From positions 4,117,420 through 4,181,419 of the forward strand of contig CAJINV010000008.1 of NCBI GenBank assembly GCA_905178155.1: DNA of 64,000 bases, written 5' to 3'. This DNA comes from Amoebophrya sp. A120. Taxonomy: Eukaryota > Protista > Dinoflagellata. This document shows, piece after piece, positions 35,405 through 49,200 of the stretch; the first letter of the stretch is position 1; each line of letters begins with the position of its first letter. A model generated the notes under the pieces. That model searched no databases, was not told where the DNA came from, and saw only the letters and a list, made by a program, of their open reading frames with translations. Both the position numbers and the translations under genes were made by a program.

Positions 35405-36232
35405 GTAGAGGATGTTAATGCACCACCAAATGACTGTGCTTTCCTGTTCGTCTGACGGGTACTAGGCGCACCCCTCTCAGTCAAAGGATCGTATGTACAG
35501 CGAATGAATTGTATGCTCGCTGCAGTAGAATTTACAGTCGTTTAAACATCGTTCTTCCACCTCTCGACTAGTTACGAGGACACACTATCTGAAATTCACT
35601 CGTCCTCTGGCTCTTTCCGGTTGTGATTTTAAAGAATTCAGACCTCTAGATAATAGGAGCTGACAGGAGCACGCGAGCTCCTATAAAAATGCGAATTGAG
35701 AATACAGACTAGCGGTTCTCTGATAAGTATAAGCAGGTAATCGAAATATACCCGCACTGCGAAATATGTTCATTCCTAAACGGCGCTTCTCTAAATACGC
35801 ATCCTACATGTTGTGGTATCTTCTCACTGATTGATGACTTTCTGCGAAAACAAATTCAAACTTTCCCGCGTAGCTCATTGTCTCTCGCAAGCGATGCCTG
35901 CTGCTGCTGCATCTGGTGCGTAAAGTTATTTCGGCAAGGGTACTAAGACTAACATAGATACCTGGCTCTGGTGGTTCTGCCCCTTTGCGGCACTTAGTCT
36001 TCATTGGTGTTTAGTTGTTCCTCTTTGACATGATGTTGCAACCCTGGAACAAAACCCGGGCTCTCATATACTGTAAAGCACAGTGAACGCGACCCTGAAG
36101 GGGAAAACAACGAAGAACTTTGAGACCACGTCCACGGCGGTTTTCAATGAAAATGTTTGGTATCTATAGAGCCCCTGGTAATTTATTTGATTTGATCGAC
36201 TTGATCCTTTTCACTCGAGTTCGACGGACCCC

Positions 36233-37565
36233 ATGAGTTCGTCTTCCTCGTCCTCCGCGTTTGCTAGTGCCACAAGTGCGATCGGGTCTGTACTCGAGAC
36301 GTTGCTGAAAGAGCGCGGATTTTCTCTTTCACCGGATGGTCTTGACAACGGTTTCCTGCCATCCTCGCAGTCATCAAGTCGAACGGAAACAACGACAAAT
36401 CAAAACCCCTCCCCAGGGCGAGCAGTGCCTCTACTTCCCGCGACAGTCTACTTCATCCGCCATGCGGAGTCTACGGCTAACGTCGCCGCGAAGCGGTTCC
36501 CAAAGGGGTCTCCTGAACGAGAAGAGCAGTACTGTTCGACAGAATATTTCAACGCCGAATTGTCAGACCATGGCGCTAAAACGGCCAGCGAGGAGGTCTG
36601 GGAAAACTTGCGGAAAAACGGGTTTTGTCCTGATGTCATACCCGCTGGGACGATACGTGGATCTGCGATCAACATCGTTTTAATGTCGACCTTGCGTCGG
36701 ACTCTAGCTACCGCAAAGCTCGGGGTCTTCGACAGAATTATTGATATAAGCAACGTCGATCAGGAACAGCAAGACGGAAAAATTTCACCTGCTGATAGTC
36801 CTCCTCGACGTGGCGGTAAAACTAAAAACTGGTTCTGGTTTGCCCACGACGCGATGCGCGAGTATGCGATGGGCGTGGTGCACCCTTGTGACTACCGGGA
36901 TGGCTGCCTGGATGCGGAACGGGAGAGGTACGATTTTATCGACTACTTCCCCGACAACACGGCTCGGGACCCCATCCCGGAAAACGAACCGATGGACGGA
37001 CTGCGGAGGCGCATCGGGGTGGATTTTCGATTGCTACTCGAGGAAATCATGAGCGTAGTGAATGGGTTATCGTTCGGGAAAGCAGTAGCCGCGGCTCCTG
37101 ACGAGGATAGAATACAAGGAGGCTGCGGAGAGGAGGCACAAGAGCACAGCATGGGAAAGTTAACGGCCGGCATAACTTCTCGTTCAAGTAGTGGCGCAGC
37201 AGCCGTGGTAAAAGTTAACATAATAGTCGTTATCCATGTTGACCAAAGCATCGCACGACTCAGTGGGTGCATCATGATGTGCATTGCAATAAAAGCAAAA
37301 TGAAAAAATGAAAATTCAGCAAGGTAAAAAGCGTGTATGCTGTTGATTCAGCTGCTTGTATATTAGTGCAACTGCTACGAAGACGAATGCGATGCTTTTG
37401 CAGTGGAGAACTTTTTCTCATTCCCAGTTTCTTTCCGAACTTTTCCGGACATTCTTACAGGACGAGGAAAATGCCGTTTTCGCCAATTGCGAGGTCCGAA
37501 GCGTCGGCTTGGCAAAACTCATGCAGGGGCTCGCGAATTTTTATGGTGATACGGAAGCTAGATGA
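36233..37565 (+). CDS. Histidine phosphatase superfamily (phosphoglycerate mutase-like) protein
   Basis: YFIRHAES, ELSDHG, STLRRTLATA, MRE. Removing a degenerate introner (37231-37414) restores IIVVSHSQFL...FANCEV. Confidence 0.85.
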
Positions 37566-38205
37566 TTTCGATATATCATCTCTCTAGAAGATGAAGATGA
37601 ACTAATGTGCTTGCACTGAGAAGCGAGTAGAGCTCCGGCAAATAGATGGACAAAGCAGAGTTAAGGAAAAGTCGCTCCGCAAGCTGCGACGTGCGATTGA
37701 AGATATCACAATCACGAGCAGTTCGCGAAACACAAATGCTGGTTGCAGGAGCGTGCTATTCATCGCCATCTGTTCGTTCTTTTTTCGCACGCTTGCTGCA
37801 ATCGTGGATGATAGATACATGGAACGCTTTTCGTAGAACAAGGACGAAGGTCGTGTTTCTTTCATTCCATGCGAAACAAGTGCGGTAAGCGTAGAGTCGT
37901 TCTTGATGAAAGTTCTTTTGCGCCGGACCCCTCGTCCGCGCTTCATACCAACCTGTTGCGTGGTTCTCGGCGGCATAGCTAACGATTGGTGACCAGCATA
38001 GTGCTGCACCATTGAGTTGTAACAAGAGAATCTCTCACAATAGATTCATATTCCTGAAAGTTGAAGATGCCATCAGAATTGAATATGCCATGTCCTGATG
38101 AGCAACTAGTACCGCTGCCTGCAAAGAAAGGCGGGAGGAAAAACACCACCTAAAGGCTTGAGATAAAAATCAAAACGAACTTACTTCTGAAACGGAGAAG
38201 CGATC

Positions 38206-41200
38206 ATGACCCTCCAGTTTCCATTTCCAACCGGAGAGCTGCGTAATCCGCTCTTTCCCGGCATCGGCCCCTTTTCGCAGCCGGTGGCAACTACGAGCAA
38301 AACGTCCTCGGCTTTGACTGGCTCGGCGTTAGGCTTAGGAGGGGCTGGGGTGTTCTCCGGGACGGCAGTGTGGGGAGGTCATCTGGAAGCGGGCGAAACA
38401 GAGGTAAGCACGCACAAGGACAACAAGCAGTCGATTTTGATTTGATGTTCTATCCCGCCTTCTATCATGTCTTTTCAAATTGTTTCTGGTAGTACCAAGA
38501 CAACTTTCATCTCTTTCGAAGATCGCGAAGATGCTCGTCTTCCTGAGTGTGGTCCTTTATGTGAATTTTGTACAACAGGAGCCGACCACCTTTCCACCCG
38601 CGACGCCACCGGAAGCTGTTCATGAACTCGAGCAACCCGACCCATCCTTCAACAACACGACCGCAAGAGCTCCTGCAGGTGGTTCTTTTTTACAGCAGAC
38701 CCACCACCGCACGTCACTCGTCCCACCGTCCCTGCATCTGAATTTCAAGCCCTTCATCGCGCCGCGGCTGCAGCCCAAAGCCGAACTCCTGCTGCGGCCA
38801 CAGAGCGCCAGTGGAGTCGTTGCCTCTACTGCGTCGAGCACCGCTGGTGGCCTGCTGGTGGGAACCTCAGCAGCCTCCTCTTCGTCCTCGCGAAGGCGCT
38901 TGAGAAGCACGGCTTCATCTCGAGCAGCAGCAGGGTCTTCATCTCTCAAAACAAACACTGCTGGTGGAGCACCAGGTGGAGATGATGGTTGCTACAGTTC
39001 TTCGCACGTAGATGTTCAGCAGTTGGACCAACATTCTGAGAAGTACTATGTTCGGGACGACCCTTTATTTCACCTGCAAAACCACCCGCACGGCGACTTC
39101 GACCTCGAGCTCGTACCCTACCACGCCAGCAGGAGTAGTACTACCCACGCAGCACTCCTGAGAGGTCCCCGTGGAGGCGTGCACCAAAACAAGCACGCGC
39201 CTGCTGGTACGCGGGCAGCTGATGCACAGGGCGTGGAGGGTGGTGCTTCTTCAAGAAGCAGACCTGAAGATCATGCTACAACAGCCAGTACTATCCAGTC
39301 CCTCCACCTGGAGAACCTCGAGCAGTTGATCGGCGCTATCGAAAACGAAATCCAGGCAAACGAAAAATTTAGCGCGCCACAGCAAAACGAAGCACTGTCC
39401 CTGGAATTGCTATCCAAGCTCGAACAGCAGAACTACAAGACAGAGGAGCGCGGCACGCTGATTCAGCAGCTTTTGGAAAAACTGAAACTGCAGCTGCAAA
39501 ATTACAGCTCCTCAACGTCGTCGTCCAAAGGAACTATTGGCGCAGTGCCCACCTCCGTGCAAGGGCAAGGAGATGTTGATGAGCCAGGAATTATCCCAGC
39601 GGTTTTGTCAACATCCGGCCGTCTTGATCCTCCGCACGGGGAGGTTGTGGGGCCCCGCAGCTTCGTCTCTCTGTCGAACCAAGCCATGCGGCGGCCTTCA
39701 GCTGCGGCTGTGCAGGATGTTGAGCCACAGCACGTTTCGAAGATGGCTCATGTTGTCCCTGGTGGCGCACGACTAGTGCAGCACCAGCAGCAACACGAGG
39801 TGAAACAAGAGCGAAGGCATTCCGCAGAAGTGTGCAAAGCTGCCCCGGCTCACCCGACGAAGAAGATGCACTTGCAGGAAGTGACTGCAGCGCACCAGGT
39901 ACACCGCCACCCGGCGGATCATGCTGTACCAGGTCATGCAGCTCCACCAGCAGATCAAGAATACCAAGAGGAGGACTGTGTGCGTGGCAGTCAAGAGTTT
40001 GCGGATATGATCGAGCAATTAAGGGGCGAGAATAAAGAACTTCTGCGAGAAGCTGCAGCTTGTGAAGCGGACCGCGAGGGGCAGCGGCAGTTTTTCTTGA
40101 ACAAATACCACCGCGACGATGTTGCATTCGCCGAGTCCAAGAATGAGTACGTCTACTCGAGCGCTTCTAGGGACCACGACCAAAGCGGTAGTTCGACGAA
40201 ACTCGAACCACGCCCCTGGATGCTGCAAGCGGTCAGAGCAAGTTCGTGTGAAACTACGAGGTCAGAGAACCAAAGAGAGTTCTTGCAGAAACAAGCTGAC
40301 GCAGCGCGAAGAGGACATGCCGGGTACACCACTTCCTCCACTGCAGTTCCGCCATTTGCAGCTCGTGAAAACGACAAGCAAAACGTCGCTGTCCAGCAGC
40401 TGCACCAGCACCGCCCAATTGTTGAGCAAGCTCCACGACTGGCACCAGAGACAAAAGACGAAAGCGACGCCCTGCGGGGGCACGTGCAGGAAATGGAGAA
40501 AGAACAGAAAAACGAAACTTTTGCCCGCATATCCTCCGACGAAGGCGCGGAAATTTTGGAAAAGGCGAAGCAGCTGCTCGCAGACCACGATTTTCTGCTA
40601 GACTCCAAGCGGTTTCAAGTGCCGGATGAGCACGACGACGTATCGGCGCATCCATGCATCGACGCCTCAAGAACAGCTCCCACTGCTCACGCTGAACAAG
40701 GAGCTGCAGGACCGCAACCTGAAGATTCGGCAAATGTTGCTCTCGTTTTGCAGGACGAGGAACCAGCGTCCGGCACTGTTCTACCGCATCAACTCAAGAG
40801 CAGCAGTGGGATGAACATCAAGGACGGTGCTGATGAACACGAAGACTACTTTGGCACGCTTGCAACCGCCGCGTGTAGTTCTTCGGGCGTCTGGTCGAAG
40901 CAGCCCTGTAATTATTCCACGTCGACTTCGAAGCAGGCCTCGTCGAAGCTTATCCGATGTAGTAAACTCGCGATCTAGATTGCTTATTTGTGATGCGTGC
41001 AATGCACTGATACTCTTCGTGTGCATAGTTCTTGAGAGAAAGAACCACACTAGTACAACGTAGAAAACATCTGTTCTTGTAAAGGGATGATTTGGATTTT
41101 CGATTTTGCACGCGGATAATGCAACCCTCGTCGTCCTCGCACCCGGACGAGAAAATGACCGAGGAATTACACGAGGGACAAGCGGATTTTGACGAAGATT

Positions 41201-44200
41201 GTAACTACTTTGTGGGTAAAAACGAGCAAGCGGATGGTGTGCAATTCGCTGATGTTGAGGAGCCGTCGTGGAGAAAGAACCAAGATCATGCTAGACAAGA
41301 TGACGGGGCACATGATCCTCGTCGTCCGGAGATGACGCCAAATATCACTGCAGGTTCTTCATCGTCGCAGTGGCGCACGGAAGTAGTCGAAGAGCAGCAC
41401 CATGAAACTGCCGCTACTTTTCAGCACATGCAAGAGGCCCTTGAGGTGGGTAACATTCCCGAGGTTAACATGCCATCGAGAACAAGAGACGCGCAAGAGG
41501 AGGAGCGGCAGAGGTTGCGTCGTGAAAATGAACCCGGCGATAAGCACGAGGATTTGTTTATCGCTTCGCAAAATCACGATAAATCAGCGCTGGTGCTAGG
41601 ATCATCTACTGGCACGTTTTCCACGTCGAGCAGGAAGCCCTCGCCGACCGCCTCTCTCGATATCAACTGTAAAAATGTCTGGGTCTGGAAGATTCTGACA
41701 CTTGTCATGCACGTTTTGCATGAGCCATGATGTCTGTGATGCATACCCTAGCAATACAGATTTTTTGAGGGCTTCTCGATGCCTAATCCGCATGACAAAT
41801 GCTTTCTCAGCGTAGCAAAAGTTGCATTCTGGTTGCTTCTCATGCAATACAGATTTTTTTACAATCCAAAATCAGCATGACAAGTTGGATTCTTCCAGAC
41901 CCAGACATTTTTACAGTTGATACTCGAAGAGGAAAAGCAACGCCTTCTCGACCAGCTCTCCCGATCTGTTATCAAATGTAAAAATGTCTGGGTCTGGAAG
42001 AATGCATGTTTGTCATGCTTGTCTGGCATGACTCTTAAATCTGTCATGCACAACATCCAAGAGCCCCATTTCTCTGTCATGCAGAAACGCAGTTTGTCAT
42101 GCAGAATAGGCAGCACCTAGAGGCTCAGAAACTTGTCATGCTGAGCCAGCATTTGCGGCCTCATCATGAGACGCTACCCAGCATCACAAGTTTCCAGACC
42201 CAGACATTTTTGCATTTGATATCTGTGCAGAACAGTCCATTTCCCAGCGCCCGCGGTTTTCCACCTGCCACGAACAAAAGCATAGGAGCATCGTCGTCAT
42301 CCGGTCACACTGGAGAACAACTACCAGCGGGAGAAGAACATCAACCCCACCTGCCACAAAAGCGCACGCTGACGAGCACGCTGCCTTCCATTCAGGAAAA
42401 AACCGAGAAATTGCTCCAGCGCGCGCGGTCCGAAACGTTGAACACGACTCCGGGCTCGATCGTGGAGAAAAACATTCAGTCGCGGATCGACGCGCTGCAA
42501 AAGATCAGCTCGGATGCGTACTTGCACCAGGAACGGCAGCTGTTCGACCGCAACACCACCGAGAAGGCGATTGGCAGTCTGAAGGGGCAGATCGAGCAGC
42601 TGGAATCGGAGCTGCAGCGACTGCGCACCCCCTTTTTCGCAAACATTCCGAAAGCGTTCGAAATGGCTCTCCTGTTGGTGAATCAGCACGGGTGTCAGGA
42701 ACTTTCGTGGGCCGACGGCTTCTCGCCGCTGCACTGGGCCTGCCAGGCAAACCGCAGGGACATCATCGAGTATCTCATCGAGAAACCCGGCGGGGCCGAT
42801 CTCCTACGCTGCGGAAAAAATAATCTTGTTCACCAAGCATCGCGCCAGATGATAGATGCACAAGAAGAGGTCTAAGTATGTACATGTTTTCTACCCAATA
42901 GGTTTGGTTTTTGCATTATGTTGGATACGTGTATAACACGTCGAAAATGATTCGCCATGTTGGTGATTTTCCATATGATGTCCACTGACTTTTCGCGACA
43001 AGAAGGGCCTGATTCCGTACGACTACGCGAAGCGGGAAACACACCAGGAGCTCTGTCACTGGCTGGAGCAGCTTGGGGCAACCAGTGCGCAGGTAAAATA
43101 GTTACTGAAGCTGGATGCGTTCTTGACGCAAACTCTCATGGCGTTGTTTTCCTTTTCGTATCTGTTGCATCACTTTTGCTATTCCATCTGATTGCGCATT
43201 TATTAATGTTTTTCCCGCAACATCGGTCTAGTACTAGGCTTCGAGGAACGTCGATTGATATCACAAATCTTTTACCAATTTATATTCAGGCTCTGTCCGA
43301 CAGCGTGCTTGAGGCGGAAAACGTTCCGCCAGCCTACATCCATATCCTTCGCAACAGTATCGCATTCGTATCCGTATTACAACATCCAAAATAATTTCTT
43401 GTGCATGACGGGTTCCACTTCTCTTTCGCATCACTGTGACGCTGCACTTCGACGCAACTGGGACAATACTACTTGAGGTGAAGACGATGTATGCAAGTTA
43501 AGATGCTCGTGCGATCATTAGCGTACAACTTTTGCGAAGATGCATAGTCCAAGTGATCCGGCAAATCGAGCAGGAGGGGTACCACAATATGAAATGGCAA
43601 CTGAACTACTCGCTCCTGCACTGGGCGTCGAAGAAGGGGATCAAGAAACTCGTCGAATACTTGGTGCAGCTGAACGCTATCCTTCAGATTCTCTAAATCA
43701 ATCACACTCCTAGTATACTCATCATATTTTTTTCTTGTACTAGGATTGCGGACAGCACCGAAAGAAGGAACAGTTTCGAACCGAGCGGCGCTCTGTTGCA
43801 CGATAATATGTCGTGGCTGTTGTAAACTGCATGCAAATTTTTATGGGTGATCTTTATGTCCCTCTTGTTCCGCATTTTTGGTCCAAGAACAAAACCCATG
43901 ACAATTACCATGAAGTAGTAGAAGGGGAGATTGATGATTTTATTACATTGGACAAACACCGATGTGAATGCAGTGGATTCGATTTCCAGCAAAAGCCCCT
44001 TGGACTACGCCAGCGATTTTGGTACAATATGAATATGCATTAAGTATGCTACGACAGTGATTTGATTAACGCATGATCACATTCCGACCGCTTTGATGTC
44101 AGTTGTCGTTTTAGATGAAAACATTTCCGCAATGTTAAGCAATATCCATTTCCAAGGAGTTCGAGTTTTTCTTCCCGGAATAACTATCAGGTCACTTCGA

Positions 44201-45639
44201 GATCTGTGATTTCCTTGCTAGCGCTGGCGCGTTGCCGCGGATCCAGCGAGAGAAACGCGCGAAGCTGGAAGGAAATCAAGCGCGAAATAGGTCGAACGGT
44301 GGCGCGACGAGGAATCTTAGCACCGCGAGCAGCGCGAATAAAACACGAAATGTGGAAGATGTGCGAATAAACACTACTAGCACGGGTGAGGCCGCCTTGA
44401 ACTGCAAGGAAACCTGGTCATCTCCGTCGGCTCCTGATCTTGAGCATGGTCACCCATCCAAAAACCGGCCCTCCGACGCAGCTCTACCAGCACCGACCGC
44501 CGAGCAGCGTGCCATCGCCGAAGCTACCGCCGCAAAAATCGTGGCCGCGACAGGAGGAACCAGACAACAAAAGCACGAACTCCTGTTTCAGCACGACCAT
44601 AGCGACAGTAACGAGTACCTCCAAGTGGGGCAGCTTCACTACACCGCTTGTATCATGAGGAACAGTTATGTAATTATCTGTTCCCAGGAGCCTTAACCTT
44701 ATTTTTTTAGCAGGTTGGCTGGCGATGTCTCTGCTGTAGTACTAGCAGACAGAAAACGGCACTGCTCCGCACAGCTTGCCTGTAGTCGAAAGAGTGAGCT
44801 GCTTTACCATGCTTGTCTTTCGTTTTTTCTTTCAGACCAAGTTTATTTGTGCAGAAAACTACTGCAGCAAGCCACACTTCTAAATGGAAAAAGCCACTAC
44901 ATAAAGCTACAGCAACACCAATGTCGCTTTCTTTTGCCTATGTCAACTCCGGCATGAGGGATATATCAGAAGATGAAAACTAAATTTTCCTCACGATAGT
45001 CGGGGTGTCTGTGTTGCAAGACGTGCCGATTCCCTACCTGGAGGCCATTTCCCAGGTGGCGCGCCGCGGCTGGCACAAGATGAAGTGGGCCAACAACTTC
45101 ACCCTGCTCCACTGGGCGGCCCGCGCGGGCCGACTCGAACTGTGCGCGTACTTTCTGCAACAGGGCGCCGACCCGGAGTCTCCAGATGACTTCAAGCGGT
45201 CCGCGGTCGAGTACGCGAGACGGAAAGAGTATCAAATGCAAATATGTCTGGATCTGGAAGAGCAGGAGTGCAAGTTTGTCACGCTCTGCTCGCACGAATC
45301 TCAAGTCCGTCACGCACGTTACCCAAACGCCCTAGCGCTAGTCTTCTGTCATGCAGATGAAGCGCAGTCTGCCATCCAGACTGAGCGGCACCTAGTAACT
45401 TGAAAACGAAATAAAGACTTTTTATGCTTGGCGTTGAATAATTGAGGCGTCGCGATGATTTTCCAACCCGCATCACAGGTTAGGTAGTTTCCAGACCCAG
45501 ACATATTTGCAGTTGATACACAGCATTGGTCGGTTGTGGACTTGCTGGAGGGGAATTATGGTCATCTTCATGGGGCGGCTCCGCAAGAACGATAAGTAGC
45601 AAAACGCATCATACACATATCACAATGAAAAACTTCTGA
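38206..45639 (+). CDS. Large multi-exon coiled-coil/ankyrin-repeat protein
   Basis: GT-AG intron 38404-38578 and introners 40951-41118, 41661-41922, 41970-42221 and 45230-45518 join in frame. Ankyrin motifs FSPLHWAC (~42720), YSLLHWAS (~43605) and FTLLHWAA...GAD...AVEYARRKEHWSVVDLL (~45100-45550). Exons between 42.8 and 45.0 kb not fully resolved. Confidence 0.75.
41661..41922. mobile_element. Introner (family A)
   Basis: Near-perfect ~36-bp TIR; perfect direct repeat CTCGA. Confidence 0.95.
41970..42221. mobile_element. Introner (family A, 252 bp)
   Basis: TIR; perfect direct repeat TCTGT; highly similar to 54078-54329. Confidence 0.95.
45230..45518. mobile_element. Introner (family A)
   Basis: TIR TATCAA.TGCAAATATGTCTGG; degenerate direct repeat AAGAG/CACAG. 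Confidence 0.85.
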
Positions 45640-46299
45640 TTTCTCTGTTGCAGAGAAGTACTCGGCACCGTTGACGAAAAACGATCTGTGGCTTGAGTAG
45701 AGTAGATGTGTCGGGCCGCTATATTCGGCAGCGACATACACGACCACCGCACGGCAAGCAGGAGCCCTCGCGTTTTCGAGGAATATCAAGACGAAAAGTG
45801 CCTCGCGCCTTTCAGAAGTTCCAGGACATCATTTTAGTTTGTGTTTGCGTTTAGATGATCGTCGGTCTTATTGTGGCGTTCTGAAGCTTGACTGCAATGC
45901 AAAACTCATCACTGTAGGAAGATCTTTCCTTTTAAAGTTCAACTCAGGTGTTTTACCCATTTGATAGATCCGAATTCAGAATTCCGCGGCAATTCAGGTA
46001 AGAAGGTGCTCCTGCCACCTCAAGGATCATTGAAGATCATGATGAGGTGGTAGACGACAGGAATAGAAGCAATATTTCTTGTGGTCTTGGTTTGAGTGCT
46101 ACCTGTTCCTGTTGAGTTGCAGTCTGACTCCTTTTTTTTTTTTTGCGTCTGTCGTGATCCACCTTGGCTGTGATTTTCATAGTTCAGAAAAAAATGGACT
46201 GACTTGGATCTAATTCATCGTGTGAAAGTAGGTTCTATCCCTTTTATTTCAGCCTGTACCTATGTTTAGCAATCGCACAACTGTCATGTTTTCGAAAAA

Positions 46300-49200
46300 A
46301 TGCCAACGCAAATTGTGCACCTAGTGCGTCGTGCCCGCTCCTGCAATTCATGCTCCTGTCCTCACACGGCAACTGCGGCAATGATGGTGCAGCAAGTTGA
46401 GTCGTCAACTAAAATGTTTCCTCTTTCTAAAAGAGGGGTTGCAGTTGCAACCACAACGAGACGGCGCACCGTCGTTGCCTTAATTTCGTGTCTCTTCAGT
46501 GGAATTATCACACACTTTAGTTTTCGCACCTGCTCACCCTCTAGTGTACTACTGCTCGCGGAAGCCGCCGAGCAGGACGAACAACAAAAATCACAAATAG
46601 ACGAGGAAACAAGCCGGGACCATGAGCATGTGGATGGACGAGGAGGACCAGAGACACCAGCAGCACCCAGCGTCCCGAGCGACGACGGGTGGACGACCGA
46701 GACCAAGGAGAAGAAGGTCCAGTACTCGTTTGGGATGAACTGGGACAATTTTGCCGACTGGATTACGGTGTCCACCGACGAAGACTCCCTGGATGGCGTC
46801 TCCTTGCAGCACAGGCTGAACCCGGTGATTGGCCAACTGCAGACGGACTTTGACCTGTCCCACTTTAAAGAAAAATCCTTCCTCGACCTCGGATGCGGCT
46901 CCGGCCTGCTGTCCACCGCCGCCCGGCAGCTCGGCGCGAAGCACATCGTCTCCGTGGACGTGCAGCCCAAATCTTTGTCCGCCACCCACAAACTGCGGAA
47001 TTGGGCGTTTTTCCGCGACCCCCACGTGCAAGGCGAGAAGGGAGAGCTGGGCATCACCACGTTTGAGCAGGCCTATTTCTACAAATGGGAGATGAACGAG
47101 GTAAATGGGGCGTCGTACGCAGTGCAAATAGGTCTGGGTTCTTGTACGGAGAAGTTGTAACACTTGTATTTTTGCCTGTCCGGCACTCGTCCTACAAAAT
47201 CTGCAATGCATGACGGACAAGAGATCATCGTGAAACGTCATGCTGCAAAAACGCAGTTTGTTTCTAGGGCCGTGCGCAATGCACATATTGAGATGCAGGC
47301 TCATAAAAACTTGATGACATACTTCCTTGGCTGCGCTTAGAAGTGCTCTCTCTCTCAGCATCATGCATAATTAATTTATTAGCATGACAAGTTTTCGACA
47401 GACCCAGCTACATTTATTTGCCATGCATACTTCAAAAAAGACCGCCGGGGACAAGGGAAAAGCCGAGACCCAGGTGGAAGAGCCAATCTCCTTCCCGTAC
47501 ACGCAACTCTACGACGAAGATGGGCGGTCCTGGACCATCGTGCGCGGCAACATACTGGACCCGAAGCTGCCCGGTTTTCTGCGGTCCATTCTGGGCCTCA
47601 CCGAAACCAATGAGCTTGAGCAGCAGGCGTCGCACTCCTTTTCGCTTGACGCCGGAAAAATCGTGAAACCCCCTAGTGCTGCTGCGGGAGAGAAGGATGA
47701 AAAAGACACGCCGTCCGCCGGAATGAAAAAGGGAAAAGCACCTTCTACTGCGGAACGTCAAACCTCCGAAGCTGCTGCGAAAGCAGAAGTACACAACCAC
47801 GCAGCAGTGGCGTCAAACTTTGACTTAGTCTACTCCTACGGTGTGCTGCACCACACCGGCAATCTGGCCGAGGCGCTGCGCCGCGCCATCCCGCTGACCA
47901 AAGTCGCGGGCGGCCGGTGCTTCATTGCACTTTACAATCGGAGACACTGGCCCCACGAGCGCGACGACGAGTGGCTGGACTTGAAGGAGGAGTACCTCGG
48001 TAGCCGGCCGTGGCGCAAGCAGCTGATGGAGCTCTCCTACCTCTTTGCCGACCTGTTTAAGGACTTGAAATCGGAAGTCGACCGCTTCGACGCGGTCAGC
48101 GAAAAGCTCGCTCTCGCCATGTCGGTCGATAAGACCCTGGTGCGGAAGCAGAAGTGGCTCGAGCTCGACCTGGACCCCATTTTGCGCGGCGCGTACCAAC
48201 AACCGCCCGAAGTGTACCTCGGGGACCAAAGCGTGAACGCGGGGAATGGTTCCCCGCCGCGCAACGATCTTCATCAAGATGCGGTGGCAAAGGAGGACAC
48301 AAGAACGGCGTCCTCTGCTACTTCCTCTGGGAGCACCCCCGATCATGAAGAAATAGACCCTTCGCAGGGGACTGGCGCTGCGGCTCGCCAGGAAAATGAA
48401 GATCATCTTCAAGCTCAACATCACCAGGCAAAGATCAACGACAACCGGCAAGTATTGACCTTTGACGACCTGCCGGACCGGCTGCGGCAGCGGTTCATGC
48501 GGAATTTTTTGTATCAGAAATTCAACGCGAATTCGCTGGGTCGCGGCATGAGCTACCTGATCGAGGCCCGCGACAACCTCGGCGGCTACCCGGTGGAGTA
48601 CTCGCACGCCGGTTGGATGACCACGCTGCTGAAGGAGCTGTGCACAACCTGCCGCATCACCAAGATAGACGAGCTGGCAACGACCGGGTACTTGATTACC
48701 TTGACAGCGCTCGATGTGGACGAGTTGTCCGCGAACGGCGACGAGAACCTGGACCAGGAGGTGCTGCTCGAGGTTTCGCCGGAACCCTTTGGGATCAACA
48801 CGCCCCAGAGTCTAGCGAAGATCAAGGACTTCAGTGTGTTTAACGTGGGCCCGAACTTCCACAACACCATTTTCACGGGTTGCTACGGAAGCAGCTCCCG
48901 CAAGTCCAACCTGCTAGCGGACGGGTGGGCAAGGTTTTGGTCGTCAAGAACGCAGAAGTCATTTTCGACGTTTCCACCTGATATAATCCCCGAAGAAGCA
49001 AAGGACAAACAAAATCATGAAGAACTACAACCTGGAAACGAGAACTCCCCCAGTGGTACAACTAGTAGCGCAGGCCTTGACATCAAGGTAGAGCAGGACC
49101 TCCTTGCGACCACGGCTTCCCGGTCGTGCTACGGCGTGTGGCGCCGGCGCCGCGCTGTGAAGGTCCTGCCGCAACAGGTGCTGCCGATCGAGCTTTTTCT

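Noticed and set aside
41661-42221. Recurrent peptides CKNVWVWK / FQTQTFLHLI in many ORFs as a protein repeat
   Set aside because: They are translations of family A introner TIRs.
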